From NCBI GenBank assembly GCA_905178155.1, contig CAJINV010000025.1:180122-244121 (forward strand): 64,000 nt of DNA. The letters run 5' to 3'. How positions within the stretch are numbered: position 1 is the stretch's first letter; every line of letters begins with the position of its first letter. Under the pieces are notes generated by a model. The model searched no databases. It had not been told where the DNA came from and saw only the letters and a list, made by a program, of their open reading frames with translations. The stretch comes from Amoebophrya sp. A120 (Eukaryota > Protista > Dinoflagellata). Shown here piece by piece: positions 13,447 to 24,400 of the stretch. The translations under genes and the position numbers were made by a program.

Positions 13447-14254
13447 ATGTAGTGAGGTCACGAACGTTCTAATCTAGCGGTTTTTTTGACAGGCAGTGCG
13501 CAAAATGACCGGCAGTTTTCAATCGGCCGGAGGCGTTTTTTGACATAAAAAGTTTCTAATTATCAATCGGCCGGGGCTTTGCCAACAAACAAGCCCGGGC
13601 GGATTCTATCGGTTCCCGATTGATAAAACGACGCAAGGGGGCCGGCAAAAGGGGCGCCCTTCTGAGGCGCCCGGCGCATCTGTTGCCGCCGATTTGGGGC
13701 GCCCAAAAAGGGGCGCCAAGAAAATGCAAAGACGACAAAAACCCTGAATCCGCATGGTATGGGCCGTATTTTGGCCCACTTTTGGAGGTCGGAAAGCCGG
13801 CCACCAAAAGCGGGCGTTTGTAATGCGGAGAGCAGGGCAAAAAGTGCGACTTTCAACAAAAAAAATACGAAAATGCAAAGGCCGCCAAAATCTGTGAGCT
13901 GACCCGCATGCTACGGGCCCGATTTGGGGCGCCCAAGGGGCCGGCCCCGGCGGAGGCCCTTGGGGGGCCATAGCATGCGGGAAAGCGTTTCGATTCAGGA
14001 GGCGGCAGGGGCGCGGCTTTTCAACAAAAAAAGCCAAAGGACGCAAATCCCGCCAAAAGCAGCATGCCAACCCGCATGCTATGGGCCCGATTTGGGGGGC
14101 CCACAGGGCCGACCCTGGCGGAGGCCCTTGTGGGGCCATAGCATGCGGGAGAGCGTCTCTCCTCTGAAAAGAGCGAAAAGACCCGGCTTCGTCCAGTCAA
14201 AAAGACCCCGCGTGACCTCACTACCCCCGCCTCCCTCGGCGGCTATATTTGGTA
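13447..14254 (+). mobile_element. GC-rich non-coding element with subterminal IR and 3' hairpin (Helentron/HINE-like), copy 1
   Basis: Starts atgtagtgaggtc, has gacctcactac followed by ccgcc...ggcgg hairpin and ctatatttggta; homologous to 25423-26153; flanked by 61-bp duplication. Confidence 0.7.
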
Positions 14255-14527
14255 TTGAGCGGTCAAGTAGGACGCGCTCGCGGAGGCCAGCACAGTTGTT
14301 CCATCTTCAAATCGTCGTTCCTGAAAGAACAGCAACCTCGTCGTGCGACAGCAACACCTCTGTGAGTTACTTACTATAAACTTTAACTTTTTTGGAAGAT
14401 ACTACCGACACACCAAACTCCAACCCACCTTCTGTTCAACAGAATAGCTGCTGAACATCAAGAGAATTTGAATTGCTTCAAGAAGTACAACTAAGACTAA
14501 CTAGCGTGCCCTTCTTTATTCTTGTGT

Positions 14528-14806
14528 TATCCTGAGTAAAAACGTACCCACACCAGAGTCAGGATGGGGATTTTGCAACACAAACCTAGGAGTTTTGTGA
14601 GTCACGCACGACAAGTTGCGCTCTGCAGTGTAGTGCAGGTTAGCAAGTGCAGCCGCGTCACAGATTCATCTGCTCATCCTTTTCACAGCATCACAAATTC
14701 CAAAACACGATTGAAAATGGCTCTCATGCGGATGCGCATTACAAGTCTTCCTGTCTTTGCAAATCTGCATTACAACTCTGGTATGGGTACGTTTTTCCTC
14801 AGGATA
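14528..14806. mobile_element. Introner family D upstream of a start codon
   Basis: Inverted ends, DR tgtgt; near-identical to 42111-42389. Confidence 0.9.
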
Positions 14807-14971
14807 TGTGTGCGCTCATACTTACGTGAAGATCAGTAGACTTTCACCAGGAAAAATACAGAAGAAGAATTTCCACCTCCAGGAATAATAATTATTAAAG
14901 TAGGACTGGAAAACTGCACGGAGTCTAGTACAACTTGGGCTCCTTACAACTTAGTTTACTTCACTACGGTC

Positions 14972-17900
14972 ATGCCCATTATGTTGCGGAGCAAGACTAG
15001 CGCCGCTGCGCTGATGGCAGCCGCAGCGAGTTTATCAAATGCAAAAATGTCTGGGTCTGGAACTACACAGCAACTTGTCATGCTCAATCTGAATCATGTA
15101 AAAATCTGTGTTGCATGATTACCAAAAGCTGTTCACTTTTGAGCTAATCGAGAGGCAGTTTCTCGTGCAGGATAGGCATGATAGAACACTCACAGAATCT
15201 GTCATGCTATGTCGTACATACCAGATACGACCTCGTGGGTCATGGAAAACCTGCATGACAAGTCTGGCACTCATCTTCCAGACCCAGACACTTTGGCAGT
15301 TGATAGAGTTTTCCCACCTGCGCGGTTGTGCCAGTGGAGGCCGTCATGATGCCGATTCCTTCTCGTACTTCTACACCACAACCCGACACTATGGAGAGAA
15401 AAAAAGTTGTCACAGTCACTAACTTCTTGCAGGTTTTGCATTACAATTTTTTTTAGCATGATCACAACTTTTCCTTGTATTGCAGAAGCACTAGGGATGA
15501 AACAAATCCCTTACGGAGCGTGGTTGTGATGCATTTTCACGCATGACAGAGGATTTTGCATTGCAAAAATGCGCATGGGTGATCGTGGCGAAGAACTTTT
15601 TTTGTTTGATAGACAAGGCGGGGCCGCCGTACAAGGACGAAGCCGCGGTCACGACCGACGTTCCTGATATCAAGTGTAAAAATCCCTGGATGTCTGGAAG
15701 AATGCAACTTGTCATGCTAAATCTGAAGCATGCAAAAATCTGTGTTGCATGATTACCAAAAGTCGTCCAGTTTTGACCAAGTCGGGAGGGAGTTTCTCAT
15801 GCAGGATAGGCATGAGAGAGATCGGACAGAATCTGTCACGCTAGGTCCTGCATTCCAGACCCCGTGGCTCATGGAAAAGCTGCATGACAAATCGCGCATT
15901 CTTCCAGACCCAGACATTTTCACACTTGATACCTGATGCCGTATTACAAATTGCTGATGCTGCGGTCACGACCTCCGACGTTATTACCGAAGCCAAGGAA
16001 GCCATGGAGCGAGCCAACACGACCAAGGGCCTCGCAATGGACAGCGCAGCCAAAGCCAAAGGACACGCAGAGGAAGCCATTAAATTTGCCAACAAGGACG
16101 ATCCGGAGCGCTACGACTTGACGAAAGCACAAGACAAACTACAAACCGCCATCGGTGAGGCCAAGGCCGCCGCGGCTCACATCGAAGGGCTTCGCGCTGA
16201 AGTTGAAGCAGCCCAGACCCAGGCCGCCGCGGCTCACATCGAAGGGCTTCACGCTGAAGTTGAAGCAGCCCAGACCCAGATCCAGACCCAGACGTAGTTC
16301 TCTTTTATTTTCTTCTTTCAAAAGTTGAACTTTTGAACGACTTGAACTTTTAAAGTTCAAGTCGTTCTCTTCCCTGTGCTGTACTATGGTCTTGTTTCCA
16401 GACAAAACACCAGACACTTTTACATTTGATAAGGTTTGTCATCCGACAGGCAGAGGACGGACCCAAAGTGGTTCGCTTTGGTTTCGTTCTCCGTTCATAT
16501 GCAAAAATAAAAAGAGGCACAAGGAGCCGCAGCCGCCGCGAGCGAATCATCCGAAATGAAAAAACGTCAGGTTGTACCTCATATCAAATGCAAAAGTGTC
16601 TGGGTCTGGAAGATTGCGAGACTTGTCATGCTTGTCTGGCAAGACCAAAAAGTTTGTGATGCGTGTCCAAGAAGAGACCCTTTTGCCTGTCATGCAAAAA
16701 CGCAGTTTGTCATGCGAAAAACGCAACACAAAAAAGCGCGGACATTTCTCATGCTTGCCTGTGCATTACAAAGCATTCACTATTCCCAACGCAGCATTAC
16801 AAGTTTCCAGACCCAGACATTTTTGCAGTTGATACCTCCGCGACGCCGAAGACGCGGTCCGCACGGCGGACGCGCTCATCCTCTCTATGAATTGCAAGAG
16901 TAACGTACTAGTATAAATTGCAATACAAATTGCCTCAGCATTACAAATTGAATTTGTAATGCGGATTTGCCTTGGGAACTAGATTTGTAATGCATAAATG
17001 CAATTAGTACGAGTACGATACTTTTGCACAGGATACTCTCCGCGAAGGAACAAGGGGTTCCGCTTCCGCAGGAACCGAAATCGCCAGAGGTAGTATGCAC
17101 TTGGAAAGAGAAAGGCCCCGCACTACCCGCGCTAGTCGTCTCTCATAGCGCAGCCCGCATGTTAGTGATAGTCAGACGATGGATGCGCATCAAGGGCTCC
17201 CGGAAATTTATGCTATGGCGCTTCAGGAGAGGCATGCCCGAGGTGCCGGTGGCCGGAAACGGAGGCAGTTTTTTTGCATAAATGCAGGTCTGGAGACAAT
17301 AAAGTTCCTCGTAGTTGTATAGGAACACTTTAGAGGGCCGTGGCGCGGGTAGTTCTCAGGCGACCTATTTGTGCATTGGGATATCTGTCTGGGTGGAGCA
17401 AAGTTGAGTCTGCGGGGAAGTTGGGGGCGCATGCTGGCGCCGCAGTTGCACGCAAAACGGGTCAGTTTGTTCAAAACTATGCTTGGCCCGCGACGAAGTG
17501 GACGGCGCATGCTGGCGCCGCAGTTGCACGCAAAACGGATCAGTTTGTTCAAAACTATGCTTGGCCCGCGGCGAAGTGGACGGCGCATGCTGGCGCCGTA
17601 TCATATGTAAAAACGTCCCCACCCCATAGTCAAGTTGGAAAATTAGCAACACAAATCCAGAAGTTTTGGGAGACACGCATGACAAGCTACAGTCCGTAGC
17701 GTAGTGCACATTAGCAAGGACAACCACATCACAAATCCATCTGTTTATCCTGTTTACAGCATTACAAATTCCAAAACACGATTGGAAATGCCTGTAATGG
17801 AGATGCGCATTGCAAATCTTCCTGTGATTGCAAATCTGCATGACAACTCTGGGGTGGGGATGTTTTTACATAGGATACGCCGCAGTTGTTCGCAACACGC

Positions 17901-18282
17901 ATCGGGCTGCCAAGGCAGGTTACGATGGATTGAAACCGCGGGAGGCTGTATGCAAATATATCTTATCTCAGGAAAAAAGTGTTACAGTTACACACATAGT
18001 CTATGCAGGCCAAGCAAGACAGACAAGCTCTGTCATGCCGGATATGCATAGGAGCCTTGTTTCATAGGTGTTTTCATCCCGTAGGATTTCTGCATTACAA
18101 GTTTTCTCTCTCATGCAGAGAAATTTGTGTTGCTGAATTGACTACAAATGTGTAACTGTAACACTTTTTTCGTGGGATATATCTGGGCCTGGAATCAGTA
18201 TCAGACCTGTGATGAGCTGAAGCATAATCATCTCAAGGGCATCAAGAAGATGAAGAGTTGCGATGCATGGGGAGGAGTGTAG
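14972..18282 (+). CDS. Spliced gene, putative secreted Ala-rich coiled-coil protein with internal repeats
   Basis: MPIMLRSKTSAAALMAAAASFPTCAVVPVEAVMM...AAAAHIEGLRAEVEAAQTQ x2...LYLRDAEDAVRTADALILSAKEQ...AHAGAAVARKT repeats...SCDAWGGV*; junction around 17090-17350 unresolved, may be two genes. Confidence 0.6.
15033..15305. mobile_element. Introner family A
   Basis: Inverted ends, DR gagtt. Confidence 0.9.
15390..15611. mobile_element. Introner family E
   Basis: Degenerate inverted ends, DR gacac/gacaa. Confidence 0.75.
15668..15931. mobile_element. Introner family A
   Basis: Inverted ends, DR cctga. Confidence 0.9.
16582..16834. mobile_element. Introner family A
   Basis: Inverted ends, DR cctca/cctcc. 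Confidence 0.9.
16886..17035. mobile_element. Introner family B
   Basis: Inverted ends, DR ctctc. Confidence 0.88.
17426..17598 (+). repeat. 78-bp coding tandem repeat (about 2.2 units), third unit interrupted by an introner
   Basis: ggcgcatgctggcgccgcagttgcacgcaaaacgg...aagtggac repeated. Confidence 0.85.
17599..17877. mobile_element. Introner family D
   Basis: Inverted ends, DR cgccg. Confidence 0.9.
17964..18179. mobile_element. Introner family E
   Basis: Inverted ends gaaaaaagtgttacagttac, DR tatct. Confidence 0.9.
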
Positions 18283-18444
18283 TGTTTTTTTGTCCTCGTG
18301 CATAGGAAAAAGAGGGAGCCACTTTGTTTATTTCCCTGCAATAAATTACGAAGAAGCCCAGATCATGCGTATAAAAATTCGCAACAAGCAGAGTCGGAGC
18401 AAAACTTCTTTATGCGCCAGCTCTCATAGTTGTACTATAGCAAG

Positions 18445-19400
18445 TACTTAACCTTGTCGTGCTTGTAGTACACGACGAAACGAGAGACGAGCCGCTGTGA
18501 AAGGCAAAATAAAACAAGAAGCAAGCGTGTGGGCGATATGCCCACACGCAGTGCCTGCCACTGGGAAGCAAGACCTGTGGCGAAGCCCTGCTACTAGAGC
18601 CGCGCGCGCGATTTACAATTAGCGCCAGCAGGTGCGCAGCGGTTCACAGGAGGGTTGCGGCTGTGTTTATTTCTTTCGCTTTTTGTATAATGTGCCTACG
18701 CCAAGCGACCACCGGCGACCCATACCTCCACAAATCGCAGCTACAGCTAGCCGAAACGCATGCACCCAGGGGGGCGGCGCCCTGGCGCTGGCACTAGTCG
18801 CGCCTGGGTGGCTGCATTGAAAACAGAGAGGGCGGCCACGCCTGCGGCGGATTTCTAGTCCCTTGCCAATAGGGGGCGCGTCTGTCCTCGCCGAATGTAA
18901 CGAGAATAAAAGCCTTATTCTTTGGCCCGATTGCTGGGCCCTGCTTCTCGTTCTGGCACTACAGGCGCCGGGCGGGCCAACCGTTCTAATTTTTGGGCTG
19001 CCCTTGGCGGTTTGCGCCTGCCAGTCTTCTATTTATTTTTCTTCTCCCGGTTTTTTGTGCGTTCGCGAGCACCGGGCACCTGAAGTAGAAGTATTTACCT
19101 ACCTATTTTGCTGCCTTGCCTTTTGTTGCTTGGCAGGGCAACTGAAGTTTTTTTCGTGCGTCGGCTGCCCCTCCTGCCAAAACCCCACCTCGCCCAGAAG
19201 GCGCCTCCCCTTCGGCCAAGCTTCTGTATTATTTAGCCGCTTCCAGGAGAGCTAGTTGCTGCAGTGCGATTTTTCTATTGTTATGCGCAGATCTTTCCCG
19301 CGCCGTTGTGCCAACACGGCGGCGCGAGTGCAACATACTTAACCTTGTCGTGCTTGTAGTACACGACGAAACGAGAGACGAACCGCTGTGAAACGCAAAA
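18445..19400. mobile_element. About 830-bp insert flanked by 65-bp direct duplication
   Basis: tacttaaccttgtcgtgcttgtagtacacg...gctgtgaaa at 18445-18509 and 19336-19400; hairpin gcgtgtgggc-gatat-gcccacacgc near the left end. Confidence 0.6.
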
Positions 19401-19582
19401 AAAAGCGGCACAAATCAGCGGCATCCACCCTCAGCGTCCAGAGATATTTGCATTGGATATTAGGCTGGTACTAGCACCGCGACGGATACGGATACGGACA
19501 CGGACGTCCACGCGTCCGCTGTGGATCATCCGTGGTAGAACCGGACGGACACGGACGAGAACAAGTAGACGGACACGGACGA

Positions 19583-19904
19583 TATCAAAATGAAAAATCC
19601 CCCCTCCCCATATCAAAACGGAAATTTGTGATGCTGATTTGTGACCACAAATAAGCTTTGTAGTGCAGAGAGGCACTGCGGCCAGATCCCCAGGCTAGGT
19701 AGGGGCGTGTGGGTCTAGTAGTTCAGCATGGCAAACGGCTTGCCTTTGAGCCCACCAGCATGACAAATCGCTTCCCTAATGGGGCGAAAGCTTCTGCCCT
19801 TGTCCTCTTGCAAGACAGATGTGATTTGTGACCTCAAATCCGCAACGCAAATCTTTGGAAACATACCTTTTCAATATGGGGAGGGGGGATTTTTCCTCTC
19901 AATA
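19583..19904. mobile_element. Introner family G, host gene unclear
   Basis: Inverted ends, DR gacga. Confidence 0.88.
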
Positions 19905-21476
19905 GACGAGAGCAAGTACTTAGACGGACACGGTTGGAGACAACGCAGAAGGAGCGCAAAAAAAATTGTCGCGCTGAACAGCCAACAGCTACGGCGCATT
20001 CGTCTTCCAATGCTATATATGGGATATTTATAGTATTTGGGGCAGTTGTGTCGCTGCATTTTCATTTTGTGAAAGCCTTTCCAGTGAAATTTCCAAAAAA
20101 TGAGAACTCCATGCGCGCCACGGCGCGTCTTCTTTCCACTTAAAAAATGATCTTAATATAATTTTACAGACGAGGAAAAAAAAGAACAAAGTTTTCTTAC
20201 ACCCGTGCAAGGGGACGACCTCTAGCTCTACTTGTACGCTGACCGAGCAGCAGGACACTTTTTTTGAGACTGCCTCGGATGTTACTTGCACAAATACACC
20301 AGGATGGAAGCTCACGCACACACAATTTTGTATAGTGACCATTTCATGTGTGCCGGCGCTTTGTTGCGGCGTCGCACAATGGATGTCAACAACAAGTCTC
20401 ATCTCTTCAGTTTTGCGAGTCGACTATCTTCACAGAGCCACAAGCGCAGATCGAGATCGGGGACCTCACTTCTCGAAAACAATAAAATAGATCCCGAACT
20501 ACAAGTTCTTTCGGACAGTGGACTCTGAGTTGTATATATAATTTGGCAAGAAGAAGTCAGAATCCCATGCGGTTTGGGAAATGAATCATTTCTAAGCGCC
20601 GCTCCCGGAAGATCCCGACCTGGATCTGCGGCTAGCTTGTTGGATGGTTGACACGAAACATGTGAAAGGGGTTGTTCCGCATTTTCTGCTCCTGGTTCTT
20701 GATGTGGTTGGCTGTTAAAGAACGTGTAACCACGGACATTTTGTGCTTCGGTCCTCTTCTTCAGATTGACTGAGACAAAACCAAAAGACGAAATAAGGCA
20801 CCGTAGGTACTAATACTAAAACTAAAACTGAACCGCAATCGTCCTCGAACTGCCTGTATGTAGTAACGCAAGCGGAGTGAAAAACTCCCAGTAGCTCTTC
20901 TCGCCTGTGGTTTCGACCGAAGAAGTACTACTGATCTAGCAGCTGTTCCTTCGAAGAAGATCATCCTCTCGTCGTCCCTGCTGCACCAAAGGACTAATGT
21001 GATTTTTTCCTTCTGTTTGCTTGTGGTGGTTCTGTTATATTGCCCGGTCTTCTTGCTTCTTGGTCGTGATGATGTCTGAGAACCTAAAGATTTTTTCTCA
21101 AGCAATGCACAAGGTTCCTCCTGCGACCGCTTATCAATAACGTTGCCAACGTTCTTGTAGTAAAATTGTACTAATCATTATATACCAGCAGAAGTAGACC
21201 AGCTTCTGTTCGCCTTCGCACGCATAAGTAGCCATAGAGTTGTACGACTGAGGTAGTGGTTGTCAGAAACAAAGCGACTTGTCTGTCGTGTGCACTGCAC
21301 ACGCCCCGCTCACCACGCCCCTGCCACAGCAGTAGGCCCAACCACGCCCGAGAAACGAAGGACGTCAGTCGGACCAGGAACGGTACATAGTAACTCCGTA
21401 GTTGCACCAGCAGAAGAGCCGCCCACGACGAGGTCCCGGACACTAATATACGGTGCCACCAGTGTACAGCTAAAGC

Positions 21477-24400
21477 ATGGGAGGCTGTCAGGGAAAGCAA
21501 GCTGGAACTTCTACCGGCTTCGCCTCTACCAGTGGAGTATCAAATGCAAATATGTCTGGGTCTGGAAGAATGCAAGTTTGTCATGCTTGTCTGGCATGGC
21601 TCTGAAATCTGTAATGCACGTTACCCAAGAGCCCCATTTTTCTGTCATGGAGAAACGCAGTTTGTCATGCAGAATAGGCAAAACCTAGAAGCTCAGAAAC
21701 TTCAACTTGTCATGCTGGGCCGGCACTTGCGGCCTTCTCATGATGCGCTACCCAGCATCACAAATTTCCAGACCTAGACATATTTGCAGTTGATATGGAG
21801 CTGCTGCATCAGGTTCTTTGCCGAGCGGAGGGGGGCCGTTGGAAACGATCGTCGAAACGACAGCGGAGTTTGCCATGCAGAGCGCGCAAGAACAACCCCC
21901 AGGAGCACCAGACCGGGCGTCTCCATTTTCGTCGGATCTCCATCAGGACCGGAGCAGCGGAGCAGGTGGTATAAGGTTTTGAAGTTGATGTAGTTGCCAT
22001 GCGAATATTAAATAAAACTCGAATATAGATCTGAGCTTGTCATGGGTGGTCATATGGAAGATGCGAAGGGGGAAAATGAAAAAAGTATATAAATCAAATT
22101 ATATTTCAGATCTCCAGAGGTTGACCTCCGAGGCCAGTAAAAACGGTTCGCCTGCACCAGATCATGGAATGATGAACATGCGGCAAGAACCCTGCGATTA
22201 TCATCAGGCAGATCCCAAGTTTCTCGACGAGTATGACGAGTACCAGTTCCGCCGCGAGCAGTATTACAATGAAAAATGCCCCCACCCCCGAACTTGAAAG
22301 CATTTGTATTGCAAATCTTTCCAAATGAAACATTAGCCCTCTTGCGTGTATCAGCATCATAGATTTCCGATCGTGAATAGCAAAAAATTGTATTGCAAAA
22401 GATCCCAGCAAGAGCGGTGCTTGTCATGCAAGCGATGCGAAACACGACTAGAATCTGCATCAGAAAGATTTTTACTCCTTTCATGCATGACAAAAAGCTT
22501 TCATTTGGAAACTTCGCATCACAAATTGTTGCAATTTCAGGGGTGGGGGGCATTTTTCACTGTGATAAGCAGGCTATGATGGCCGTGAAGCACAACTTGA
22601 CGGACCGCTTTCTGCAAGACGAAGAGCAGCAAACTGTTTTCAACAATAGCATCAGCACGGATGACGTTGTGCTCCGCGGTGGAGCTGCCAATGTTTACTC
22701 TAGTACAGCTGGCTCAATACAACCGTCGTGCAGCTACCTGCAGCAGGGGGAATACAACCCGAAGAACCAAAATGATCAAGGTCTTACACAAGAACTACAT
22801 CAGGGATCGGCAAAGACACTGTATGGGGAGCTTTTGCACAGCAGCTACAGCTACCCGAGTCCGACGGAAACTAGTGCGACAAGCGGAATCATGGTGGGTG
22901 CTGGAGGCGTATGAGAGTGCACAACCCCCCCTCCCCCTCCTTTGTGTTGCATGAACAGCAACACAAGCGCTAGCAAAGATGCAGCTTTTGCATGACAAAT
23001 TCCTAGCCGGTTGTAGTGCTGTTTTGGCTTTTGGCATCTGTCATGCAAAGAGTGCTAACAGGCAGATTCTGCCTGTTAGAATGCAAATCTACCTTCTGCC
23101 GCAGAAGGTAGATTTGGGATTTTGCATGACAAATGAGGGGGAGGGGGAGTTGTGCACTGTCATAAGGCGGAAATAATAATTATAACGAGTACTACACGAC
23201 GAACAGCAACAGCGCTGCAATCTACACGGGGACGACAACTAGTCCGTATGACGGCCCAGAGGACAACTACACCGATGAACAACACGAGAATTACTTATCA
23301 AATGTAAAAGTGTCTGGGTCTGGAAGAATGCGCGATTTGTCATGCAGCTTTTCCATGACCCATGAGATCTGGAATGCAGGACCTAGCATGACAGATTCTG
23401 TGCGATCTCTCTCATGCCTATCCTGCATTAGAAACTCCCTCCCGACTTGGTCAAAACTGGACGACGTTGGCAATCTGCCTAGTCGCCCCTAGGTAGGTGC
23501 AGGAAAAGGAATTTTCTGTGTGGGCTTTTTGTGCTTAATTATTCCAACAGGGGCTGCGTCTTTTTTTTCTGCCTTGCCAGCAGAGGTGTATAGAAGATGG
23601 GGGGGCATTGACGGAAGTGGTGCGAGACCTTGGAGACGGAGCAGGCGACAAGAGCGGAAATGCTACAAATCAAAAAAAAAGCTCGCATACACGCGCACTG
23701 TTTAACTGTGTGAAAGGTGTCGGCCCTGATTGACCTGCTGCGGCAGGCAGGTGAATTCGTAGAAGTGCTTCACATGTTAAGTAACGCCCACCGGCCTCCT
23801 AGATTAGTGATGAATTTATATGCGAAAAACAGAAGAGAGGGGCCCAATCAAAAAAAAAAAATCATGCAACACAGATTTTTGCATGTTTCAGATTTAGCAT
23901 GAGAAGTTGCATCGTTCCAGACCCAGACATTTTTACATTTGATATTACTTAAACCACAGCAAAAATAAACCCTACACCAGCAAAACGAGTAGCTACTTCT
24001 ACAACAACGACCCCCGAGATGAAAGCAACACCTGCAAGATGAACTACAGTGTAGCTACCAACAACGCGGATCGACATGGTGAAGCCCCCGCGGCGGGGGC
24101 AAAAATCGCATTAGCAGAAGACAATTCTTATGCATTGCAAAAGCATCGTACTCGTATTGCAATCATGCATTACAAATCCCTTTGCTAAGGAAAATCCGCA
24201 TTACAAATTTTTTTTTCTGAGGCTGAGGAAATTTGTAATGCATTTATACGAGTACGATACTTTTGCAGTTCATGATTCTCGCTCAGCGGTGGAGGCCGAG
24301 AAGAAATGCTCTGTGACCAACGCTATGCAGTGCAGATACGTCTGGGTCTGGAAGGATGCAACTTGTCATGCTAATTCTGGATACTGCAAAAATCTGTGTT

